Assembly: GCF_000143415.4 (NCBI RefSeq)
Contig: NW_003314273.1
Coordinates: 692,074 to 756,073, forward strand
From: Selaginella moellendorffii
Taxonomy: Eukaryota > Plantae > Lycopodiophyta
Length of the DNA stretch: 64,000 nucleotides
Direction of reading: 5' to 3'
Positions 50,791 through 63,594 of the stretch are shown here, piece by piece. A program made the position numbers and the translations under genes. Each line of letters starts with the position of its first letter. The stretch's first letter is position 1. The notes below the pieces were generated by a model. The model had not been told where the DNA came from. It saw only the letters and a list, made by a program, of their open reading frames with translations, and ran no database searches.

Positions 50791-51291
50791 TTACATCCCG
50801 ATTACAACAGACATAAAAAAGGCAAGGTATATTATATGGGCCATGGAATATTTTCGGAATATTCTTGTGGAAGTTGGATATGGCATTGCTTTCCAATCCT
50901 TGATTCAAGGACATAGGATTTGTGATTCTCAGTCCACCATCCACCATTGTTGCTTTGTTTCTTAGAAATTTATTTCTTGCCTGGAAATTGCTTCACGCTA
51001 CCTGGCAAGAGACTGGTTTGTATCCAAAAAATCCAGCAGCAGCACGTGTAAACCGCTCTGTCTGGGTGATCACTTTGCAAAGTGTGTCGAGTTTGTAGTT
51101 GAAACTCCATTTTCTGTTTTCAAAGACGTCAAACAGAGAGCAACTGTTGCAGGGGTGCTGCATGGGTTCATAGAGGCGGCCTGCAGCAGCAAGGCATCAG
51201 AACTTAAAAGCCGCAACAAAGTGAATGATGGATCGTTTTCATTACAAAGGTCATTTTTAATAAACGAAGAAAGCTTCATTTCAGAAAGTCC

Positions 51292-51740
51292 TTAAATCAT
51301 TGTGGTGACGTCTTGGTCGGGAATGCATATCGTGGGCGGGGCCAACTCGAGGCGGGGAATATATGGCAACATATTTGCCTTGAACTTTCATATCATGTCC
51401 AGTCCTACGTTGAGTGCCATTGCAGAGGACCTGTCTGGGATCTTCAAGAGAGCACCACCACTTGTCTACGCACAAAGAAATGGGGTAAAAAAAACATAGA
51501 GAATAATGAGAAAGCTTGCAAAGTTTTTTGTATACCAGATTTCCTGGGTTTTGGCTGTTGAGAGCTGAGATGTAAAATGCAGACTTGGTGCCGACGTTGA
51601 TCTCAAAGTGCATTGTTCCCACAGGAATATAGTGATATCACCTTGGTACAAGAGGTTGATGTGTGGTACTCCTGGAAATCACAGTATATCTCATTATCTC
51701 TCTCTCTCACTCTCACTCGTGCGCGCGCGCCCACACACAG

Positions 51741-51814
<74 letters not shown>

Positions 51815-52257
51815 GTCTTATTTCCTACCGGGTGTTTCCACAAATCCAATTTGAAGTGGCCCGCTAGAGATCATCGTGAGCTCGAGGCTGCGTGTGTGGG
51901 AGATTGACTCCACAGGGAACCATGTGTTAAAGTGGACATAACTTATCCCTTGAGACCTGGAAAAAAAAGAAAGTAAAACCATGAATGGATTAGTTATTGT
52001 GGTATCAAGCAAAGGCAAAGAGGAAGAAATATATGTGATTCCTGGGAAGAGTGTCGTGTTGATCGCTGCGTGAATGCCACTGGGTCCATTGGTCACATCG
52101 CCATTCTTGAACACATCTTGCAGCACGAAATTGCTGAGAGCTCCGGATCCCTCGAAATCTTGCAGCTGGTCGGGGTCGGCGGCACTCACAAACACGTTCG
52201 TGGTGGCAGCGCAGCACTCAGGATCGTCACCACCAGCATCAACTTCTTGGATTCCAT
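51292..52257 (-). pseudogene. Germin-like pseudogene with frameshifts and expanded intronic microsatellite
   Basis: ADPDQLQDF...SQGISYVHFN, then a frameshift; the HPRASE box is damaged; (GA)n at 51745-51803. Confidence 0.87.
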
Positions 52258-53235
52258 CAAAGAAAGATTATGTCGATGAGATTATTTCTTCTTGAGAAAC
52301 TTCGAGAAGAGTGCGAAGAGCAAAAGAGAAAATGAGAGGGAGCAAACAAGCGAATGGAAGAGATATGATAAATCTGCCAAGAGTGTGGGGTTTATATACT
52401 GTGGCAAGTCTCCAAAGTCTACATAAAAATCTCCAAAACACATGTCTCCATTTCTAGATCTATTATAGGTAAAAGTATACCTCGATTTTTTGCTTGACTA
52501 GGTCTCATGTTCCAAATCCAGAGCTAGTCAATAAGAATTGGAGCCAAGACATAGATTTTATCTGACAAACTAACCTTTTTTTGTTGTTTTAGATGGAAAC
52601 TACAAAGTAAAATTAGCATTTTTTCTATGTTTCAATGCTTACTTTTTTTGTGTTATCTAAAAATAGTCATAAGTACTGAATATACCTAGAATATATTTAG
52701 ATATTTGGGATATTCTAACGTATTTTTCAAAATTATAAACACTTCCTAGTATATTCATCTTTATTCTATCATATAGATTAATAAATTAAAAACTTCATAG
52801 CTCTAACTCAAACACTGAGTTCAATAGTTATTATTCACAAAGTCAGCAAACTTCAAAATTTCAGTAAACTTTATTATCATCATAAAGACAATTGATATTT
52901 TTCTTCACTTACAAATGTGATTGAACACTCATTTAATTTCATATATTCATATGGTAAAATATATATTGAGGTTGGGTAGTATGTTTCTAGATGTGCACCA
53001 GAAGATCTAAAACACGTTATATATGTATACATATAAATCAACTTCTCTTCTAGCAAAACTCTTAAATGAATCACACATTGATGAATTGAATAAAGAAATA
53101 ATACTAAATAGGAATAATTCTACTAATGCTCAATTGTGCATAGGTTGAGCTAGTGCAATCTAGATTATAAACTTTTGCAAATTCAACCCACCACCGCTTG
53201 CAATTAAACTTAAAATTTCCCTCTAAAAAGTCAGG

Positions 53236-53741
53236 CTACTTTGCTTTGAGCAAGGACATAAGGTTGGAGAAGCGTTGCTGCAGGGGCATGCTCTCTTCCT
53301 GTAGCTCCTCCTGTAAAACATGACAAGCACAAGAAGAAAAATCAGAGGCCAGGCCAGACTCGATCAACCTCGAGCTGCCGGGCTGATGGATTGCGCGGGC
53401 GCTGTAAGATGCGATTCCTGTGCAGTTCGTACGGGTACCGATAAGCCCGATCTGTGCTGCTGTCAAGGGCCTCCTCAGCCTTGTCTCCCCGCCGCCACTG
53501 TTACGCTAAATCAAAAACAAAGGAGGAGGAGGTGGCTTACCGGCTGCAATTGGTTGGCGGCGAGAGTGGTCCAGAGGAGAAACACCGAGGTGGGGTGAGT
53601 GGAGCGAGAGCGAGGGGCGGGAGGCGGGTTGGCCGGTGTAGCGTAGTAAATCTTCTTGTGGGCAAGCCATGGCTTGACACATCGGCGCAGCTTCAGTGGG
53701 AGCTCCCGATGCGGCCGCGGATAGGGTAAATGCCGCGGCAT
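53236..53741 (-). CDS. Putative small orphan protein (~134 aa, 3 exons)
   Basis: Exons 53741-53541, 53497-53369 and 53310-53236 with GT-AG introns of 43 and 58 nt, both phase 0 and stop-free; no recognisable domain. Confidence 0.4.
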
Positions 53742-53792
53742 CTTTGGTCGCACCCAAATTTCTGGCTAGAAATACAAAGATGAACGAGCATT

Positions 53793-56051
53793 TTAATGCT
53801 TGCGCTTCTTATCTTGTGCCACCTTTTTCTTTCTCTTTTTCACGGCTTTTGGCGTCTTAGTTTTGCGGGCTTCTCGCTGTTCTTCCTTCACTTTCTTCTT
53901 GTGCTCTTTCCTGGCTGATCTCCGCTCCTCCCGGCTCTCCTTATTTGTTTCGTCTTCCTCGGAGTCTCCTTCTTGGTCACTGCTATCACTGCTTGAGGAG
54001 GCTGCTCCCGAGAGTACTAGCTGATCAGTCTCTGCCTCTGCTGTCGCCGGTTGCTTCTCTTGTTTTTCAAGTAAAGATGGAACTTGGCGAACTCCGGACA
54101 GATCTTCTTTGAGCCCGGTGATTGTCTGGTAGTAAATCCCCTCTGTGTCTTTACCCGTCGCTATGCGCTGGATATCTCTTTCGTAATCCTGGACTTGATC
54201 TAGAGTCCGAGGGATAAACGCCTGGCGTGGAAAAGTGAAGCTCAGATCCGAACCAAGCGCAACACTCTACTTACTTGGACGAAGACGGCATCCGCAACGT
54301 CGTCCGCAGTGGAGGAAATCCTTTCCTCGATTCGCTTTTGGATCTGGAAAACGCATCTAAGGGGCAAGCTTCAGGCGAACAAAACACTTACTTCATGAAG
54401 ATAAGTTTCCACTTGGTCGTCGTTTATCGACGGGTCCACTATGAAATCAAACAGCTCCCTCACGGTCATGACAGCTACACCTCCTTTCTTGAAAAAATCC
54501 TACAGAGATTGGGTTAGATCGACTACTCACACATAATAATCCTCACGTTGACATGGACGCAATCTTGCCTGAGGAAGTCCAAGGCTCGGGGATGATCGAG
54601 GTCCACTGATTGAGAGACATCAATAATATAAAGATGGCCCTGTCACAAAAACGTTTACCAGACTAGCTTCTCTTAAAACATCGACTTACCTCGTGATATA
54701 GCACGTTGTATTCACTAAGATCACCGTGAACTAACCGACACCTTTGGTACATGGTACGCATTATTTGTACAATCTACACAAATTACATGAGGAGAAAAAA
54801 AACATACAAAGAAAAGACTGACCTCCAGATAAGATTCACGGTACTTCGTATCCGAGAGCGCTGCATCTTTTAGACGGGGGGCTGCCCAGCCATCCCTCCC
54901 TGTCATACAGAAACTAATTCAGTGAAAGGAACAATCTAATCTGCGTCAAACGACTTGCCTATGAAATCCATGACTAGAACATGGAGTCGCAGGACAAGAG
55001 GAGATGGTGCTCGAATTCCAGAAGCTTTGAGCCTGTTACGTAACGTAACCGTTAAGAGAGACCAGAGAAAAATAAGGAAGAAAAAAGACCTCAAGAGATT
55101 TCGCATTTCTTTCTCCGCCCACGTCTTGACCATTTTTCGTGGATTATGCTTAGAATAACCATGCCTGAACCGAAAGTCTCCTTGCACATACTTATCCCGA
55201 TCTCTGAGATTTCACACGTCATATACCATAACGATTTGGTTCTAGACTTACTTGAAGACAAGGATCGAAGTTTTATAAACCTTTACAGCCAGTTCTTCTC
55301 CACTCTCTGTAGTGGCATGGTACACATTAGCCTGTAAATGAAACAGCAGAAGATTGAAACTTAAGAAAACACAGTTGCAAAAGCTTTGCCTCTTTTCCGG
55401 TGGATATACAGCCATTGATATCATGAAAGACTCCCCGATTTAACATTTTGAAAAGAACCATTCGAGTTCGAGGGTCCAAAACCTGCAATCTGTGTCATAA
55501 GCAAGAATAAAACATAATTTTTTTTTTTACTTGCTCCACAGTAGCTCTATCAGATTTTTCGTGAACGCGAACTCGACCTTCAGCTTGCTTGCGCACATTA
55601 TCGCGTACCATTGTCGTGACAGAATTTGACATGACTGTATTGGTCTGACCTTCCCATTCCTAAGCCACGTAAAAGCAATGTAAAGAGAGAGAGGAAAAAA
55701 AACCACTATCAATGACTTACATGCAAAGGTCCGGCGCGTATGTGTGACAAAAACCTTTGATTTTGATTGTTTCGCGGCTGGAGCGCATTTTTCTGGAGAG
55801 CATTCTCGACACCTCCATTCGCATTTGGTCGATAATGGAACGAAGAATCAACAGCTCCACTTCTAGCGCCTAAAACACAAGGAAATTTCGACACAAAGAC
55901 CCCTCAAACACCAATCCATACCTTCGTGGACGTCGAGCCAGTCCAATGCACCCGCCAGATCCTCTTCCTCCTCCCATTCCTCATCGTCCAGATAGGCATC
56001 CACGGATTCATCGCAAGAATCGGGCAATTCCACCTCGGGCGCGCCCGCCAT
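53793..56051 (-). CDS. RIO1: RIO1 atypical Ser/Thr kinase (40S ribosome maturation)
   Basis: [76 protein letters not shown] and a Lys-rich C-terminus; multiple short introns. Confidence 0.95.
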
Positions 56052-56061
56052 CGCTGCCCAG

Positions 56062-56086
56062 GAACCCTAAACCCCTAAACCCTAAA
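56062..56086. promoter_or_regulatory. Telo-box (AAACCCTA-like) cluster upstream of RIO1 in a ~250-bp divergent promoter
   Basis: GAACCCTAAACCCCTAAACCCTAAA; telo-boxes are typical of plant translation and ribosome-biogenesis genes. Confidence 0.6.
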
Positions 56087-56303
56087 TCACTTAAACAAAG
56101 CTATTGCGAATGTTCTTCGCCTACGCGCGCTTTAAGTTTGGCGAGCGAATGTGGGTGGATTCCACATCAGGAGCGCTCGGAAATTTCTCCATCCTTTTGA
56201 TCTCTTGACCGATCGTACGAGAGCGATCGGTCTCTCCTCCTTGGATTTATTTAAACAAGAGTGGAATCGATAGCCACAGTTGGAGTTTTGAGAGCTTTTG
56301 GCC

Positions 56304-56853
56304 ATGGATTTCACGCTATTCTTCTTCCTCTTCTTCTCCCTGGTTTTTCTCTCGATGGTTTCTTCGCATCCAACTCACAGCGATTGCAACTCCGAGTCGG
56401 TCTCGCTTTTTTCTTGCTTCCCTCTCCTCCAGATGCAAAGCAAGGAAATCCCCGACGACTGCTGCGTCCATCTCCAAAACTCTCTCGCCGAGAATCTCCC
56501 CTGCCTGTGCGATCTCATCCACAGCGGCGGACAGTACTCGATCAACGAATCCATCGCCATGGAGCTTCCACAAATGTGTGACATCCACAACTTTGATTCC
56601 AGCACACAGTGCTCGTCAAGCAACCATGGTTTGTGTCAAGAACTTGGATCTTTCGTTTGGATGGTATGAAAAAAATCTGGTTTTTTTTCTTCCAGCTCCT
56701 CCGTTTGTAGCTGGGATTTCTTCCGTCCACCATCCGCCGCCACCACCGTTCTTCCAGCCTTTTGGATCGTTCCCAAATTTTTCGAGCAGCTCCAAGTTTG
56801 TGCCACTGATCCTTTGGATTGCGAGCATTGTCACGACGATCTTCCTGTACTGA
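56304..56853 (+). CDS. Non-specific lipid-transfer protein, GPI-anchored type (LTPG-like)
   Basis: Signal peptide, 8-Cys C..C..CC..CLC..C..C pattern, one intron, Pro-rich linker and hydrophobic C-terminus. Confidence 0.85.
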
Positions 56854-57120
56854 AAGAGTGAATAGCAAAGAAAAGTTCTAAAGTGTCAAAGAATGTTCTA
56901 TAAGCAAAAGCTAGAGCTAGCTATGGCGGATTTTCGAGCTAGATTAGACTAGTCATGCTATCACACACCTCTGTCACAGTATAACTTAACAAAAAATAAA
57001 GTATGGTTATAAGAAGATGCTTATCCAATGACAGGAAGGGCATATGGTTTTTCGAAAGGACGAGCAAGCGGCAGCGCATTGCCCTAATCCATTCGTCGCA
57101 GCTCAGCTCGATCGAGAGCG

Positions 57121-60100
57121 ATGGCGCAATCGGCCGCCAAGGTTGCCTTCATCGGTCTGGGAGCGATGGGATTCGGCATGGCATCGACGCTCGTTCGTTC
57201 CGGATTCCAAGTCCAGGGATATGATGTGAGTGATCGATCGATCGATCGATATTATCGGTTTCTAGTGGTGAAATGTGGGAATCTCTGCAGATTTCGGAGC
57301 CGGCTATGCAGCGATTTTGCGAAATAGGTGGATCGTCCAGCTCCAGTCCAGCCCATGCAGCTCAAGGTTTTGTGTGAACATTTTTTGTTTCATTTCTTCT
57401 GACTGCTAATTTCGATTGGAGCGAGCAGACGCTTCGATTCTGATTGTTATGGTGACCAATTCGGATCAAGCTGACGCTGTTCTTTTTGGATCGAACGGAG
57501 CTGCCGCTGGTAATATCATCCAAGCAAATTCTAGTTCATTTTTTTCTTGGCTGTTTCTTCTTGTAGTTGTTCCTGAAGGAGCAGTCATTGTAATTTGCTC
57601 AACCGTGGCACCTGGATACATCCGAAAGCTCGACAAGAAACTGACAGGTGAGTGCTACTTTCTAGCTGGAAGTCTCTATCTTTCTAACTTATCATTCTTT
57701 TCCAGAAAGAAAACTCTACCTAGTGGATGCACCAGTTTCTGGTGGTGTCGCGAGAGCAGCTAACGGAACGCTCACAGTATGCATCACTTACATAACCTCC
57801 AATTCTTTTGGTGTCTAAAACTCTGGGATTGTCAGATAATGGCTGCAGGATCGAAAGTAGCTTTTGACAAAGCTATGCCGGTTCTTTCAGGTGAAATGAT
57901 ATTTTGATGAATATGAGCACTAACTGGCTGTAAGTTTTAACAGCTATGAGTGAGAAACTTTACATCATAGACGGTGGCATTGGAGCAGGAAGGCTCGTTT
58001 TCCATCTTTTATAACTACATTGCTTTACACTTACCTTTTTTCCTTTTGCAGTTCTGTCAAAATGGTAAACCAGCTACTTGCAGGAGTCCACATTGCTGCA
58101 TCTGCAGAGGCAATGGCCTTCGCAGCTCGCGTGGGATTAAATACAAGACTTGTATACGAGGTTGTGTCACATTCATCGGGGAGCTCATGGTGGGTGTTTT
58201 ACTTTCTTACTTACACGTTTTTAAGCTGGCTAATGCAGGATGTTCATCAATCGTGTGCCGCATATGCTGGATGATGATTATTTCCCTCATTCCGCTCTTA
58301 ACATATTCGTAAAAGACCTTGTAAGCGTTGTTGTGCCCGAGCCTGCACCTTTTGGTAGAACTTAAGAACTTCGATTCAACGCATTTTCCTTACGTTTTAC
58401 TTTCAGGGTATTGTCTTATCTGAAGGGAGGGAACACGTATTTCCACTTCCACTGGCTGCAGCAGCTCATCAACAATTTTTACTGGGTAGGAAGAGCTGCT
58501 TTCCACTGATGTTGCTGACTATGCTTACATTTATCAGGATCTTCATCTGGGTATGGTCGTGAAGACGATGCTGCAGTTGTCAAGGTCCTTTCGTTTCTCG
58601 CATTTGCATAACAAGGCTTCTGTGCTTGCCGCCAGGTGTGGGAGAAAACCGCAGGGATTAAAGTGTCTTCTCCAACCATTGATTCTCTTAAGACACCAGA
58701 AGATGCTGGCCGTCCAGAAAAAATTGCATTTATTGGACTCGGAGCCATGGGCTTGCGCATGGCTTCTAGGCTCGTTGCTAAGAAGTTTTCCGTCTGTGGC
58801 TTTGACGTAAGTCCTTTTATAGAAGTCCAGTTTCTTTGAAAGTTTATTTACAGGTGTCAAAGTCCGCATTAACGAAATTTGAAGAAATTGGGGGTCTTGC
58901 TGGCAGGAGCCCCGCAACGGCCGCAAAAGGTAGCAATGAACATGCAAACTAAAGCTATTGACTTCGATTTTCAGGTTCTCAAGTTCTATTTATCATGGTT
59001 GCTACTGAAGACCAAATAGAGAACGTTCTGTTTGCTGATGATGGAGCATTGTCAGGTAGATCTAATACGTGGCTTCATGACGATCAAAACACATTTTTTG
59101 TGTTTTACAGCATTGACTGCTGAAGCGGCCATTGTGATATGTTCCACTGTATCTCCTGATTACATTACAAATCTCGGAACTCGGCTCGAAGGTAATGAAT
59201 GCATTCTACAAGTTCTCCGTAACATGCTGTTATATAGATCGAGGCATCCATATGGTGGACGCTCCAGTCTCAGGGGGAACAAAAGGAGCAGCAAATGGAT
59301 CCTTGAGTGTAATATCAGTTTGGTCGTTTTTTTTATGGCTAACTATCTCGACTCTCATGCAGATAATGGCTAGCGGTACGAACGAGGGTTTGAAGATGGC
59401 GTATCCCGTGCTTTCAGGTACATAAGACATAGGCTATTTGATGGAACTGAAATGTGCACTTGGCAATGCACTGATGCAGCACTTGGGGACAAGCTATATT
59501 TTATTGGAGGCGGTGCTGGAGCTGGCAGGTGTGGTCAATAACATACAATTGTGGCTTACTTATAATTACGAGTTACATACAGCACTATGAAGATGGTAAA
59601 CCAGCTTTTAGCGGGTATCCACCTTGTTGTTGCAGCAGAGGCCGTAGCGTTGGGGGCTCGTGCAGGGCTTGACACACAGCTGGTTTTCGACATAATCTCA
59701 AATGCTGCCGGAAGTTCATGGTAATTTTCATGTTTTCCTTCAATACTGGCAACTAACTTTTCACTGCCTTTTGAAAGGATGTTTGTCGACCGTGTTCCGC
59801 GCATGCTAAGTGGTGATTACTCTTCACACTCCAACCTAGATACTTTTGTTAAGGATCTGGTACGAAGTCTTTTTGTTTTTAGATTCTTCTAATTTTTTTG
59901 AACAAACTACAGGGAATTGTTCTTGATGTTGCCAAAAAGCTGTGTATAGCGGTTCCGCTGGCTTCTGCTGCTCATCAGCTTTTTCTAGCGGGTAAAATTA
60001 TGGTATCTTATGAACTTGTACGTAAGTTTTTTAACAGGTTCCGCTTCCGGCTTGGGTAAGCAAGACGATGCAGCTGTTGTTAAGGTACATTTGAATTGTA

Positions 60101-63100
60101 GGGCGTCCTTGAAAATGTAAAGGAATTTTTTTTTCTGCAGGTCTATCAGCAGCTGTCCGGTGTAAAAGTTGCTACGACCAAGAGTCAAGCAGAAAGCAGC
60201 GATCTGAAAGCTGAATCTGCATCTTTACTTCCAATCATTGCCAAGGATGTCGCCTTTACGAATTTGCCAGAGGAATATCACGAGGATCCGATTGAGGCAA
60301 TATGCGATGCAAAACGTGAAGAAAAAGCAAAAGTTCTTGTTGTTTTGGATGACGATCCTACTGGAACACAAACGGTACACGATGTCACAGTTCTGACAGA
60401 GTGGTAAGCCATATAATTTGATCTTCCATATCTCCTCTCATTTGGGATTGTTTCAGGGGCATTGAGTCCATAAAGAAAGAGTTTCAAAAATCTCCTGCTT
60501 GCTTCTTCATACTTACCAACTCCAGAGCTTTGAGCACTGGCAAGGTGAGTTATAAAACTCTACACTGGTCTACTTATGACGGTGGTGGCAGGCAGTTGAG
60601 TTGACAAAAGCGATATGTCGCAATGTTGACGCTGCAGCATCTTCTTGTGGAAACGTTGGTTACACTATTGTGCTTCGCGGCGATTCAACTCTTCGCGGTC
60701 ACTTTCCCGAGGTAAACTTTCTTGAACGGAAGGAAAACAGGTAAGAATAAGTGACTGTCTGAACCTTCGTATTTCAGGAAGCAGATGCAGTATGTGATGT
60801 TATTGGAGAGTCAGATGCATGGATAATCTGTCCATTTTTCTGGCAAGGAGGTCGCTATACTATCAATGATATTCATTATGTTTCTGATGGAACTATGTAA
60901 GACTGAGCATGCGCGTTCTAGTCATTGATTTTTTCTTTTTTGTAAGGCTTGTGCCTGCGGGACAAACGGAGTTTGCGCAGGACTCCGTTTTTGGATACAA
61001 GTCATCAAACCTTCGCGAGGTGACATTCCGTGATTTCTTTTGAAATTTGATGGTGATTCGTAAAATGCAGTGGGTGGAAGAAAAAACTAAAGGTCGAGTA
61101 TCCTTTGGAGATGTAGCTTCTGTTTCTATTGCTACAATTCGTAAAGGAGGCCCCTCTGCCGTATGTGAACAGCTATGTAATCTCTCGAAGGTAGCAGTCT
61201 GTTTTACATCTATTTTCAGCGGCAGTGATCTGGACTCTTACAGAATTCGATTTGCGTGGTGAATGCCGCTAGCGAAAGAGATATTTCCGTGTTCGCTGCT
61301 GGAATGATCCAAGTGAGTGTTTGCTGCATGCATCTGTCAGCTTCTAACCTCGTGCATTCTAGGCTGAGGGAAAAGGAAAACGTTTTCTTTGTCGAACAGC
61401 TGCAGGTTTTGTGTCTGCCCGGATTGGGCTCAGGTCCAAGCCACCCGTTACTCCAGTGGACCTTGAAGCAGACAAACAAACAAGCTGGCTAAACGGTGGC
61501 CTTATACTTGTGGGATCCTACGTGCCTAAAACTACAAAACAGGTTTGTCTTCCTTGGATTCACTCACAACAAACTTTGTAAGCCTTCAGGTGGAAGAGCT
61601 GAAACTAAAACGGAGAGGAAGTTCTCTCCAGTCTCTAGATGTAAGTTTCAGTGTAATGTATCGAGAACTAGCGTCGTTGTTTTTTCCAGGTTTATGTTAT
61701 AGCTATGACCATGAGTCCAGACAATGTAAGAGATGCAGAGATTGCTAGAGTATCTAATGCGGCAGATGTGTTTCTATCGGCCGGACAAGATACACTAATC
61801 GTTACAAGCCGTGTCCTTGTAACAGGAAGCAGTAAGTTTTAAGAAATGTTTTGATCAATGACACATTTTGTTTCTTTCAGGTAATTTAGAGAGCCTTGAT
61901 ATTGGAAACAAAGTCAGCTCAGCATTGGTCGAAATTGTTAAGCGTATTCATACTCGTCCCCGGTACATAATTGCGAAGGTTAAAAACTTAGTGGTCATCA
62001 TCATTAGCAGTCCACATAACGACGTTCTTACAACAGGGTGGCATAACGTCGTCGGACCTGGCAACAAAGGCTATGGGCGCGAGCCGAGCAGAAGTTGTGG
62101 GGCAGGCATTAGCAGGAGTACCTATGTGGAAGCTTGGACCTGGAAGTCGGCATCCTGGAATCCCGTACATAGTATTTCCGGGTGAGTTTCTAATTTGCCG
62201 TTCTTTTTTTCTTATGTCTGTAAGCCGCAGGGAACGTTGGAGGAGTGGATGCTCTTGCCACTGTTGTGTCTCGCTGGGCAAGACCGAAACGAAAATCAAC
62301 CAAAGACATTCTTATGGTAATATTTTAAAGCTTGAGAAGTCACTCAAAAAGTGTTTCCTCCCTAGGATGCTGAAAGTGGAGGATATGCGGTGGGAGCTTT
62401 TAATATCTACAATTTGGAGGGGGCGAAAGCTGTGATAAGTGCGGCTGAAGCCGAAAAAAGTCCAGCTATCCTGCAGGTGATTTAACAATTAAGCTCCCCT
62501 TTAACAAGCAGCTCTTATTCACTTTGTTTATGCATTTGCAAAAGATTCATCCAGCTGCTTATCGGCATGGTGGGCGGGCTTTGGTGGCCTCCTGCACTGC
62601 TGCTGCAAAAAGTGCTAACGTACGTAAATCTGTTCACTTTTGGCTTTCTTGAATAAGTTAACAATCCACAATCACATACAGGTGCCTATAACTGTTCATT
62701 TCGACCATGGCAATGATGAAGCAGAACTTGTGGAGACCTTGGAGCTGGTAAAGCGACATTATCACGCTTTCTCTTTTTCTATGTACAAATGTTTTTTTAC
62801 AGGGATTCGATTCAATAATGGCTGATGGGTCGCACCTAGCATTTGACGACAATGTGGCATTTACCAAGCGTATAGCATCGATGGCACATTCAAAGGGCCT
62901 CGTTGTAGAGGCCGAGCTCGGCAGGCTCTCGGGTACAGAAGACGATCAGACCGTCGAAGAATACGAGTCGAAGCTCACCGATATCGACCAGGTTGGCCTC
63001 TCGTTTACAAATTCCGCTAAAACTTTCAACTTGTCGTGGGGTTTTCTTTTTCTCTTCCAGGCGAAAGAGTTCCTGGAAAAGACTTGCGTAGACGGACTTG

Positions 63101-63594
63101 CTGTGTGCGTCGGCAATGTCCATGGGAAGTACCCGGCAAGTGGACCGAAACTGGACATGGAACTTCTCAAGGTTTGTGTGTGCCACGCTCTCTGCAATTT
63201 GTATAGTATCCCGACAGATCAATCTGATAAGTTTGACATGCAGGAGCTGAGAAAGACGGCTGCTGACCGTGGAGTGCTCCTTGTCTTGCACGGAGCTTCG
63301 GGCCTACCAGCAAGCATGATCCAGGTGACGGAAAAAAAGACACTCTTTTTTGATTTTGAAGCTTTAATCCAATCCAATCCAATGCTACAGGCCTGCATTG
63401 ACAACGGTGTACGCAAGTTCAACGTAAACACCGAGCTCCGGACGGCCTACACGGAAGCAATCGTGAGCTGCTCCGGAAAGAGAGACATTCTGGAGATGAT
63501 GAAGCACGCTCAATCCGCCATGGAAGCTGTAGCGGCGAGCAAAATGAGGAGCTTTGGCTCATCAAGGAGATCCCCGGGCATCATGAGAGAATGA
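57121..63594 (+). CDS. Multidomain enzyme: 2x 3-hydroxyisobutyrate/6PGD-like dehydrogenase + DUF1537 four-carbon-acid-sugar kinase + class II ketose-bisphosphate aldolase
   Basis: Two FIGLGAMG...VDAPVSGG...KMVNQLLAG units; VLDDDPTGTQ, RGDSTLRGH, CRTAA, IAKGGITSSD, VFPGNVG; VGAFN, VHFDH, MADGSH, VEAELG, GNVHG, LHGASG, KFNVNTE; many short introns. Confidence 0.93.

Noticed and set aside
19230-52910. Helitron or Pack-MULE as the cause of gene-fragment capture
   Set aside because: No Rep/helicase or MULE transposase and no convincing termini seen; the fragments all derive from the adjacent locus.
56062-56086. Interstitial telomere or telomeric retroelement junction
   Set aside because: Only about 3 imperfect units immediately upstream of RIO1; better explained as telo-boxes.
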